Shown: positions 1-8,116 of the stretch, in pieces
How positions within the stretch are numbered: position 1 is the stretch's first letter
Layout of the letters: each line of letters starts with the position of its first letter
Assembly: GCA_034670305.1 (NCBI GenBank)
Contig: JAXMNT010000021.1
Location: 57,762-121,761 of the forward strand
Length of the DNA stretch: 64,000 bases
Direction of reading: 5' to 3'
DNA from: Deltaproteobacteria bacterium
GTDB taxonomy: Bacteria; Myxococcota_A; Polyangia; Polyangiales; Houyiibacteriaceae
Notes under the pieces: model-generated
What the model was told of the DNA's origin: nothing
Seen by the model: only the letters and a program-made list of their open reading frames with translations
Databases searched by the model: none
Program-made: the position numbers and the translations under genes

Positions 1-1704
1 AAGAAGAAGCAGCCGCTCGGCACGTTCGTCCGGCTGCAGTGCGACGCCGAGGAAGCCACCGGCGACGCGCAGCGGCTGCTCCAACGCGAGGCTTGGGATC
101 TGGCGCGCGAACACGAACGGGACTGGCTCGCGCCGCTCTTCGAGATCCCCTCGGTCGGCGCGGTGCAGCGCCAGCCGCTCTTCGAGCAGCGGCGCGGACT
201 CGTCGAACACCTGAACGTGCACGAAGACGTGGTCGACGACTTCGATGCGATCTGTGAACGCGCGCCGGTGGTGAGTGTCTCCGGCCGCATCCACGACCAC
301 AAACAGGCCGCGCGGTTTCTGGAGCTGGCGGACTCGAAACACATCGACCAGGTCCACACGCTCCGGCTCAACGGCAACCACACGAAGCTCCTGTTCGAGC
401 TCGCGCGGCGCAAGCGACCGCTCGCGTTGCGCACGGTGGTGGTGAACGTGGATGCGGCGGCGGACTTCGACGCACTCGCGGCCTGGGATGCGTTCGAGGG
501 AATCGAGTCGCTCGAGATCTTCTGCGGCAATACGGACGTGGCGACGTCGCTCGTGGCCTGGATCGGCGCCGCGGGGTTCGCGAAGCTGCACACGCTGAAG
601 TTGAACATGCCGCTCTCGAAGAAGACGGTGGCCCCGCTGGTGGCGGCCGAACTTCCCGCGCTGCGGCACTTCGCACTGCGCCGCGCACCGCTCAAAGCGG
701 CCGGCACGAAGGCGCTCGCGAAGGCGGCGTGGCTCGGCCAGCTCGAGTCGCTGGAGATCAAGACCTGCGACCCAGGCACCGCGATCACCGAGCTGCTCAA
801 ACCGGCGACCCAGCTGTCGACGCTGATGGTCGGGGGACCGGGCGGTCTGACGGCGAAGTCGATGCCGCTGTTCATGGAGGCGCTCGGTGGCTTGAAGAAG
901 CTTCGCTCGCTCTCGATCGCCGGCAACGCCCTCCGTCACAAGGGCGCGGACGCGTTCGTCGCGGGCGCCAAATCCGTGAAGGACCTCGAGGTGCTCGACC
1001 TCTGCGGCCTCGCGATCAAGGACGTTGGCGCGAAGGCGCTCGCGACCGCCTCGCTCCCGAAGCTGACCAGTCTCGACTTGAGCCAGAATGGGATCGGGGC
1101 ACCGGGCATGGACGCGCTCGCACAGAGTGGCTTCTTCGCGCGCATCCGGGACCTCAACCTCGCGACGAACAAGTTCCAGAACAAGGGCGCGCTCGCGTTC
1201 GCCAAAGCGCCGAAGCTCGCGCTCGAGTCGCTCACGCTCTCGTACAACTGGATGGGCAAGTCGGGGCTGGCGGCCATCCTGAACCACGCGGGCGTGCGCG
1301 GGCTGCGCACGCTGCGCGCGGGCGAGAACAACTACCAAGAAGCGCCGCTCGAGGAACTGGCGAAGAGCGCGGTTCGACTCGAGTCGCTCTCCTGCCGGGA
1401 CGCCACCGTCGAGTCGGTGGACGCTTTCTGCAACTCCGACGCCGGGACCGAGTTGCGCTGGTGGACGCTCCGCATGGTGCCGACGCGGACGAAACAGGTC
1501 GAGGTGGAAGCAGCACTCGATCGGGTGATCGCCGCTCCGAAGCTCGAGAACCTGATCGACTTCCAGACCGGAACCTGGAAACTCGGCGCCGAGGTGTTCG
1601 GCCGCCTCCGCCGCCGGTTCGGCCACCGCATCCACGCCCCGATCGACACCCAGCCGCACCTGCGCGACGCCCCCATCGAGCCCCGCATCCGCCCCGGCGA
1701 CTGA
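1..1704 (+). CDS. Leucine-rich repeat protein with N-terminal TIGR02996-like domain (5'-truncated by window edge)
   Basis: Frame is open from base 1 (KKKQPLGTFVRLQCD...WLAPL...RRGLVE). RI-like LRRs follow, e.g. LEVLDLCGLAIKDVGAKALA and LTSLDLSQNGIGAPGMDALA. Confidence 0.85.
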   Translation, partial: KKKQPLGTFVRLQCDAEEATGDAQRLLQREAWDLAREHERDWLAPLFEIPSVGAVQRQPLFEQRRGLVEHLNVHEDVVDDFDAICERAPVVSVSGRIHDHKQAARFLELADSKHIDQVHTLRLNGNHTKLLFELARRKRPLALRTVVVNVDAAADFDALAAWDAFEGIESLEIFCGNTDVATSLVAWIGAAGFAKLHTLKLNMPLSKKTVAPLVAAELPALRHFALRRAPLKAAGTKALAKAAWLGQLESLEIKTCDPGTAITELLKPATQLSTLMVGGPGGLTAKSMPLFMEALGGLKKLRSLSIAGNALRHKGADAFVAGAKSVKDLEVLDLCGLAIKDVGAKALATASLPKLTSLDLSQNGIGAPGMDALAQSGFFARIRDLNLATNKFQNKGALAFAKAPKLALESLTLSYNWMGKSGLAAILNHAGVRGLRTLRAGENNYQEAPLEELAKSAVRLESLSCRDATVESVDAFCNSDAGTELRWWTLRMVPTRTKQVEVEAALDRVIAAPKLENLIDFQTGTWKLGAEVFGRLRRRFGHRIHAPIDTQPHLRDAPIEPRIRPGD

Positions 1705-1742
1705 AGGCATCCGCGCTTCCGAGGGCTTGGTATCTTCGCTTC

Positions 1743-3503
1743 GTGACCACTCTGCGCGAGGTACTGAACGCGCCGGCGGACCTGACGGTACGGCGTGCGT
1801 ACGGCGCCGCACTCGAGCAACAGAAGCAACCGCTCGGCCGGTTCATTCGACTGCAGTGCGACGCCGAACAAGCGGACGGTGACCCGTCTCGCGCCCTCGC
1901 GCGCGAGGCGTGGGATCTGGCACGTGACCACGAACGGGAATGGCTCGCACCGCTGTTCGAGATTCCTTCGATTGGTGCGGTGCAACGCGGGCCACTCTTC
2001 ACGCAGCGCCGCGGTCTGGTCGAACACCTCTGCGTCGACGAAGAGATGGTCGGTGACTTTGACGCCATCTGTGAGAGGGCGCCCATCGTCAGCATCGAAG
2101 GACGGGTTCATCGTCACCGAGACGCATGGAGGATCCGCGACCTGGCCGGGTCGAAACGCATCGAGCAGGTGCACAGCTTCCGGCTGAGCGAGCTCCACGC
2201 ACCACTGCTCGTGGAGCTGGCGAAGCGCGCTCGCTCGCTCCGTTTGCGAGCGGTCCAGACCCACGTGGGTTCTCCAGCGGAACTCAATGATCTGATGGCG
2301 TGGGATGCGTTCGACGGCATCGAGTCCCTCGAGCTGCGCTGCGACCACACCGAGACGGCGTCGAAGCTCGCGCGCTGGATCGGCACCGACCCGCGCTTCG
2401 CCAAGTTGGACACGCTGGTGCTTGATGCGCCCCTCGGTAAGTCCGACGTCGCACTCCTCGCGGGGGCCAACTTTCCGAGACTTCGGCGATTCGCATTGCG
2501 GCGCGCGTTGCTTCGGACGGCAGCCACCCGCGTGCTCGCCAAGGCGTTATGGCTCCCGCAGTTGGAGTTCTTGGAGTTGAGTGGCTGCGCATTGGGCCAA
2601 GCAATCACCGACGTGGTGAAGGTGGCCTCTCGTGTCTCCACGCTCGTGGTCGCGGGGCCTCGCGGGCTGAGCGCGAAGGCGATGCCGGCTCTTGTCGACG
2701 GGCTCGGTGGGTTGCCCTCGCTCCGTTCGCTTTGTATTCGCGACAACGTGCTTCGGCACAAAGCCGCCCATGCCTTGGCCGTGGGGGCGCAGTCCGTGCG
2801 GGGCCTGGAACACCTCGATCTCTCTGGGCTCGCGCTCCAAGACGCTGGGGTCAAGTGGTTCGCGACCGCGCGCTGGCCGAAGCTCGTGAGTCTGGATCTG
2901 AGCCGAAACGGAATCGGCCCGCCGGGGATGGATGGGCTCGCACAGAGCGGTTGTCTGGAGCGCGTTCGGTTCCTCAACCTCGCGACGAACAAGTTCCAGA
3001 ACAAGGGCGCGTTGGCCCTTGCGGCCGCGCCCAAGCTCGCGCTCGAATCCCTCACCTTGGCGTTCAACTGGATGGGCAAGACCGGCGTGGCCGCGATCTT
3101 GAAGCACCCGGGTGTGTGTGGTCTGCGCGAGCTGCGGGCCGGGACCAACAACTACGCGGACGCGCCGCTGCTGGAACTCGCCAAGAGCTCACTTCGACTC
3201 GAGACGCTCATCGTCCGAGGCGTCAGTTCAGGATCGTTGCGCGCGTTCTGTGGGTCCGAAGCCGCCAAAGAACTGCGCCACTTTGACGCCAACTACGTCT
3301 CGGTGGACCGGGACGACGCCGCGGACACGGTCGATCATCTCAGCGCGGCGCCCAACCTTGGCAACGTCATCCGACTCCAAACCGGCTTCGGGTATCTGAG
3401 AGTCGGCGTGTTGGACCGACTTCACGCGCGGTTTGGCCACCGAATCTTCGACCAGCGAGACGACCCAGAGCTGTCGGGTTTGCCGATGGAAGTCAGGATC
3501 TGA
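1743..3503 (+). CDS. LRR protein with TIGR02996-like domain, tandem paralog of the upstream gene
   Basis: GTG at 1743 with TATCTT 6 nt upstream. VLNAPADLTVRRAYGAALE...FIRLQC motif; colinear with gene 1. The 729-1742 part of the ORF-track entry is a shadow extension. Confidence 0.85.
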   Translation: MTTLREVLNAPADLTVRRAYGAALEQQKQPLGRFIRLQCDAEQADGDPSRALAREAWDLARDHEREWLAPLFEIPSIGAVQRGPLFTQRRGLVEHLCVDEEMVGDFDAICERAPIVSIEGRVHRHRDAWRIRDLAGSKRIEQVHSFRLSELHAPLLVELAKRARSLRLRAVQTHVGSPAELNDLMAWDAFDGIESLELRCDHTETASKLARWIGTDPRFAKLDTLVLDAPLGKSDVALLAGANFPRLRRFALRRALLRTAATRVLAKALWLPQLEFLELSGCALGQAITDVVKVASRVSTLVVAGPRGLSAKAMPALVDGLGGLPSLRSLCIRDNVLRHKAAHALAVGAQSVRGLEHLDLSGLALQDAGVKWFATARWPKLVSLDLSRNGIGPPGMDGLAQSGCLERVRFLNLATNKFQNKGALALAAAPKLALESLTLAFNWMGKTGVAAILKHPGVCGLRELRAGTNNYADAPLLELAKSSLRLETLIVRGVSSGSLRAFCGSEAAKELRHFDANYVSVDRDDAADTVDHLSAAPNLGNVIRLQTGFGYLRVGVLDRLHARFGHRIFDQRDDPELSGLPMEVRI

Positions 3504-3512
3504 GCGCGGGCG

Positions 3513-5651
3513 TCAGAAAGGCGTGAAGCCGCCGTCGTCGGTCCAGCGGTACCAGGTTCGTTCGTTGCCGCGGCGGACGCGGAGGACTCGACCTGGTTGT
3601 CGTTCGAGGGCGCGGTCGCGTGTGCCGCTGACGCCGTCGGAAGGATCTCGGCCGCCGGTCTGTAGGGTCGCGCGCCACACCGACTCGGTGGTGCCGAGCG
3701 GCCATGCCGTCCACGCGCGCGCCTCTCCGTCGCCGTGCACGCTCGCAAAGAGGACCGTGCCTCCGGCCGGCGGGTTCTGCGTCTCGCTCAAGAAGGTCTC
3801 GTCGAGGTGGCCTTCGAAGGTGTGCGACCACATCTCGTCGCCTGCGACGCAATCCTCGCGCATCTCGTGCACTGCGACGAAGGTCCGTCGGTCGTCGTGG
3901 GCGGACATCAGGTAGACGTCGACCCGCGCGCCGCGCTCGAAGACGTGGGTGGCGGCGACCCGGAAGCTCGTGCGGATGGCGGCCGCCGCGTCGGCGTGCG
4001 CGGCCACGAGGCGCCGTGGGATCGCTACGCAGCCATCGTACGGCGCGAGGTACGTGGACTTCGCCCACCCGCGGGCTTCCCGCGACACGACGAAGTGGGC
4101 CCACGCGTCTTCGTCGGTCGACGCCCCGTCGCTCGGCTGCCCATCCAGATCGCCTCGCAGCGCGACCACGACGGTGTCTTGGGGTACGACGTGGCCGAAA
4201 CCCGCGTCGGCCTCGGGCCGCTCGCGGACATTCAAGCGCACGGTGGTGCGCATCAGCTGCGGCGTCAGCCCCGAGACCGACTCGCCGGTGAAGCGCGCCC
4301 CGGTTCCGCCGAACTCGGTGGTCAGCGCGTCCGCCGCGTGTGCATCGACGTCGGGTGCTTCCGCGACGACGCTCCAACCCTCGTCCGTGGCGACGAAGCG
4401 CACCGGCACCGCCCGCTGCTCGGCCGGAAGCCGGCGCCAGATGACGGCCAGCTTGCTCAGGCTCTCCGAGCTGCCGAAGACGAGGGGCGCCACCGCGCTC
4501 GGCTCGGTGGGCTCGGTCGTCGGGCTGGGTGGGTCGTCGGTGGGTGCGCGCATGGCGCCCTGCGGTTCCGACTCGGACTCGGACACGACCAGGTAGGTGG
4601 CGACCCCTCCGCCGACGAGCATCAGGCAGACGAAGATGATCAGCAGCTCTCGGGTCTTGCCGCGCGGTTTCGGCGCCGCGTGCTGCATCGAGGGAACCGC
4701 TGGCGCGCCGGCGGGAAGCGAAGGGGTGCCCTCGGCCGACGGCTGTCCGAGTTCGGTTGGTCCGGTCCCGAAGTCGTCGGGCGGTCGCGCAGCCACGGCG
4801 GGCAGCGACACGTCGGTGAACGGCGCGAGCGACGCGGCGAAGGCGCGCATGTTCGGACGCGCGGCGGGGTCGAGCACGAGCGCGGCATGGACCGCTTCAG
4901 TGAGTGCGCGCGGCAAACTCGGCGCGACCTCGGCGAGCGGCGCGGGTGGTTCGGTGTGCAGCTGGATCGCAAGCGCGCCCATGCTCGTCGCATCGAACGG
5001 GCGGCGTCCGGACAGCGCTTCGTAGACGACGATCGCCATCGACCAGACGTCGCTCGGGGGCCCGAGTTCGGAGCTGCCTTTGACCTGCTCCGGCGACATG
5101 TAGACCGGGGTCCCGATCGCCATGCCGGTCTGGGTGAGCCCGCCTTCTGCGGCCACCTTCGCGATGCCGAAGTCGAGCAGCTTCGGCACGGTCTGGCCTT
5201 GGACTTCCGCGAGGAAGATGTTCTCCGGTTTGAGGTCGCGGTGCACGATGCCGCGGTCGTGCGCGCACGCGAGCGCGTCCATGACCGGCAAGAGCCACGC
5301 GATCGCTTCGGCTGGTGAGACCGCCGCCCGGGCGAGGCGTTCGTCGAAGGGTTCGCCGGTGAGGAACTCGAGCACGAGGAAGAACGCGCCGTCGTCGGTC
5401 TCGCCCATGTCGAGCACATCGACGACGTTCGGGTGTTCGAGCGCGGCCGCGGTGCGCGCTTCGCGAAGGAACCGCTCGCGCACTTCCGCGTGCCCGGTCA
5501 GATGCGCGTGCAGCATCTTGACCGCGACCCGTCGGCCGGTGAGCTCGTGGGTGCCGGCGTAGACGACCCCGAAGCCGCCGGTGCCGAGCACCCGCTCGAG
5601 GCGCACCTTGCCCACCGTCTGACCAAGGCGGGGATCGTCGGCGTCCGTCAT
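3513..5651 (-). CDS. Membrane Ser/Thr protein kinase with C-terminal SH3b-like domain
   Basis: GTGGFG, VAVK, HRDLKPEN, DFG and GTPVYMSPE motifs; TM segment LLIIFVCLMLVGGGVATYLVV; LNVRERP...WAHF...RGWAKSTYL. Start set at ATG 5651 (TAACCT 8 nt upstream). Confidence 0.9.
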   Translation of the reverse strand: MTDADDPRLGQTVGKVRLERVLGTGGFGVVYAGTHELTGRRVAVKMLHAHLTGHAEVRERFLREARTAAALEHPNVVDVLDMGETDDGAFFLVLEFLTGEPFDERLARAAVSPAEAIAWLLPVMDALACAHDRGIVHRDLKPENIFLAEVQGQTVPKLLDFGIAKVAAEGGLTQTGMAIGTPVYMSPEQVKGSSELGPPSDVWSMAIVVYEALSGRRPFDATSMGALAIQLHTEPPAPLAEVAPSLPRALTEAVHAALVLDPAARPNMRAFAASLAPFTDVSLPAVAARPPDDFGTGPTELGQPSAEGTPSLPAGAPAVPSMQHAAPKPRGKTRELLIIFVCLMLVGGGVATYLVVSESESEPQGAMRAPTDDPPSPTTEPTEPSAVAPLVFGSSESLSKLAVIWRRLPAEQRAVPVRFVATDEGWSVVAEAPDVDAHAADALTTEFGGTGARFTGESVSGLTPQLMRTTVRLNVRERPEADAGFGHVVPQDTVVVALRGDLDGQPSDGASTDEDAWAHFVVSREARGWAKSTYLAPYDGCVAIPRRLVAAHADAAAAIRTSFRVAATHVFERGARVDVYLMSAHDDRRTFVAVHEMREDCVAGDEMWSHTFEGHLDETFLSETQNPPAGGTVLFASVHGDGEARAWTAWPLGTTESVWRATLQTGGRDPSDGVSGTRDRALERQPGRVLRVRRGNERTWYRWTDDGGFTPF

Positions 5652-5700
5652 GCGACGCGAGGTTACCACCCCGACGGGAGCGGTCGCGCCGGCGCGCCGT

Positions 5701-7620
5701 CTACATGATCTTCAGGCCAAACGACTCGTCTTCGTAGAGGCGCTTGAAGATGTCCGCGTAGCGGGTCTCGATGTTCTTGCGTTTGACCTTGAGCGTCGGC
5801 GTGAGTTCGTCTTCGGCGACGCTGAGTTCGCGTTCGAGCAGGTGCACCTTCTTGATCGTCTCGACCTTGGCGAGTTTCGCGTTCGCTTTGCGGATCGACT
5901 CGGTGACCCGTGTTCGGAGCGCTTCGTCCGCGGTGACCTTCGCCATGAGGGCGTTCAGTCCCTCGGGCGTCGACAGCGGATCGGCGCGCAGCGCGGCCAA
6001 GAGCGCGTCGGCTTCTGCGCGGGTGCAGTGGCCGTGCTCCGCGCCCCACTCGACCGCTTCGCCCGGACCGATCGTCACGAGCGCGACGAGGTACGGCCGC
6101 TTGTCGCCGTGCGCGTGGGCTTGGCTGATGAGTGGGTCGGACGCTTTGACTTCGTTCTCGATGTTGGCCGGCGTGAGGTTCTTGCCGCCCGCAGTGATGA
6201 TGATGTGCTTCTTCCGGTCCTTGATGAACAGGTAGCCGTCCCGATCGATCACGCCGATGTCGCCGGTGTGCAGCCAGCCGTCGACGATGGTCTTGGCGGT
6301 GGCTTCGGGGTTCTTGTAGTAGCCCTGGAAGACCATGTCGCCGCGCATGAGGATCTCGCCATCCTCCGCGATGCGGTGCTCCACATAGTCGAGCGCTTGG
6401 CCGACGCTTCCGAGTCGGACCTTGCCGGGCCGGTTCGCGTGCGTGACGACGGTCGCTTCGGTCATGCCGTAGACCTCGTAGATCGGCATGCCCGCGCCCC
6501 AGAAGAACTCCAGAATCTCCGGCGCGATGGGCGCGGCGCCGGTCGCGAAGTGCCGGACCCGGCCCCCGAACGCGTCGCGGATCTTGGAGAAGACGATCCT
6601 GTCGGCGGCGTGGTGTTGCATCCGGAGCTTGAGCGGCACGCCTTCGCCGCGCTGCCAACGCTGCGCGACTTCGCGCGCGGTCTTCTCCGCCCAGTGGAAG
6701 ATCTTCTGGCGGCGCGGCGCGGCCTTCTCGACCCCGGATTGAATCGCGGCGTAGGCCTTCTCGAAGATGCGGGGCACGCTGCCGAACACCGTCGGCTTCG
6801 CTTCTTTCACTTCCTCGAGCACCTTCGGAATGCTGGTCGCGTAGTAGCAGGTCATGCCCGAATCGATGCGCCCGTAGAACCCGAGCACCCGCTCGGCGAC
6901 ATGCGCCATCGGCAAGAAACTGAACGTCACGTCGTCCGCGTCGAACACCGCCTGCTGGGCCTGGTTGCGCAGCACCGTCAGGATGTTGCGGTGGCTGATC
7001 ATCGCGCCTTTGGGCGGGCCGGTCGTGCCGCTCGTGTAGACGATGATCGCGGTGTCTTCGAGCTGGGTGTGGGCGACGCGTTCGTTGATCGCGTGGTCGT
7101 CGATCGCGCCTTCGATCGTCCGGTCCCAGCGGACGACGCCTGTCGCCTCGCCATCCCAGAGGATGATCTGCTCGAGTTTCGGGAGGGCGTCCTTCTTGGC
7201 CAGCACCTTTTCGAGATCGGCTTCGCCTTCGAGCACCACGATCTTCACGTCGGCGTGGTCGAGAATGTACGCGAGCTGGTCGGCCGTCAGCGTCGGGTAC
7301 GCGCCGAGGGTGATCGCGCCGGCGAGCTGTCCGCCGAGATCCGCGATCGCCCACTCCGGCCGCGTGCTTCCGACGATGCACACCTTGTCGCCGCGCTGGA
7401 CGCCGGAGCGGATCAAGTGACTCGCGAACCCGCGCGCCCGCTCGTGCAACTGCATCCAGCTCGTCGCCTGCCACCGCCCCCGGTGTTTGCGCCGGTACGC
7501 GATCCGGTGCCCGTCCCGACGGGCCCGCGCGATGAGCAACCCTGCCACCGAATCGGCCTCGCGAGACACGTAGTACGGACGGGTGTGCGGGGTGTAGGGG
7601 AGGTCGAGAACAGCCTTCAT
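5701..7620 (-). CDS. Long-chain fatty acid--CoA ligase (AMP-dependent synthetase, FadD-like)
   Basis: YTSGTTGPPKG, YGMTE, GWLHTGDIG, DRKKHIIITAGGKN and ELTPTLKVKR motifs. Confidence 0.92.
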   Translation of the reverse strand: MKAVLDLPYTPHTRPYYVSREADSVAGLLIARARRDGHRIAYRRKHRGRWQATSWMQLHERARGFASHLIRSGVQRGDKVCIVGSTRPEWAIADLGGQLAGAITLGAYPTLTADQLAYILDHADVKIVVLEGEADLEKVLAKKDALPKLEQIILWDGEATGVVRWDRTIEGAIDDHAINERVAHTQLEDTAIIVYTSGTTGPPKGAMISHRNILTVLRNQAQQAVFDADDVTFSFLPMAHVAERVLGFYGRIDSGMTCYYATSIPKVLEEVKEAKPTVFGSVPRIFEKAYAAIQSGVEKAAPRRQKIFHWAEKTAREVAQRWQRGEGVPLKLRMQHHAADRIVFSKIRDAFGGRVRHFATGAAPIAPEILEFFWGAGMPIYEVYGMTEATVVTHANRPGKVRLGSVGQALDYVEHRIAEDGEILMRGDMVFQGYYKNPEATAKTIVDGWLHTGDIGVIDRDGYLFIKDRKKHIIITAGGKNLTPANIENEVKASDPLISQAHAHGDKRPYLVALVTIGPGEAVEWGAEHGHCTRAEADALLAALRADPLSTPEGLNALMAKVTADEALRTRVTESIRKANAKLAKVETIKKVHLLERELSVAEDELTPTLKVKRKNIETRYADIFKRLYEDESFGLKIM

Positions 7621-7682
7621 GCGGCAGACTCTACCGGAAACGCGCTGACGGGTCGGCGAGGATGGACCCGGGGGCGGGACGT

Positions 7683-7892
7683 TGTCGCTGTGCTGTCTCT
7701 GCCGCTGTCTCCGCTGCCGCTGTCTCTGCCGCTGTCTCGGTCGCTGCCCTGTCGCTGGCGCTGCCGCTGCCGCTGCCGCTGCCGCTGCCGCTGTCTCTGT
7801 CTGTGTCTGTGTCGCTGCCGCTGTCTCTGTCTCTGTCGCTGTCGCTGCCCCAGTCTCTGCCGCTGCCGCTACCGCTGCCGCTGCCGCTGTCT
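7683..7892. repeat. Hexamer simple-sequence array (CCGCTG/TCTCTG/TGTCGC variants)
   Basis: Imperfect tandem hexamers seen directly over about 210 bp; boundaries approximate. Confidence 0.9.
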
Positions 7893-7897
7893 CGGAC

Positions 7898-8009
7898 TCT
7901 CGCGGAGCGGCTCGGCGTGCCGGTCGAACCGGAGGACGAATACGCCTTCTCGGTGGTTCTCCGCACGTTCGAAGCCGCCCGCGTCACGGCCCGAGACGCG
8001 GCCGACTGA
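7898..8009 (+). pseudogene. Orphan 3' gene fragment (LAERLGVPVEPEDEYAFSVVLRTFEAARVTARDAAD*) between two SSR arrays
   Basis: Genome-typical G/C-ending codons up to TGA at 8007-8009; the upstream in-frame sequence is only SSR. Confidence 0.35.
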
Positions 8010-8010
8010 C

Positions 8011-8102
8011 GCTTCGGCTTCGGCTTCGGCTTCGGCTTCGGCTTCGGCTTCGGCTTCGGCTTCCGCTTCCGCTTCCGCTTCGGCTTCCGCTTCCGCTTCC
8101 GC
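8011..8102. repeat. Hexamer simple-sequence array (GCTTCG)n/(GCTTCC)n
   Basis: About 15 tandem hexamers just past the stop of the minus-strand kinase. Confidence 0.92.
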
Positions 8103-8116
8103 GACCGCTGGTCCGC

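Noticed and set aside
729-1742. N-terminal extension making a 924-aa LRR protein, or a frameshift fusion of the two LRR genes
   Set aside because: It is an off-frame read of gene 1; gene 2 has its own GTG, -10-like box and homologous N-terminus.
1-3503. Diversity-generating retroelement behind the paralog pairs
   Set aside because: No reverse transcriptase in the window, and differences are not confined to adenines.
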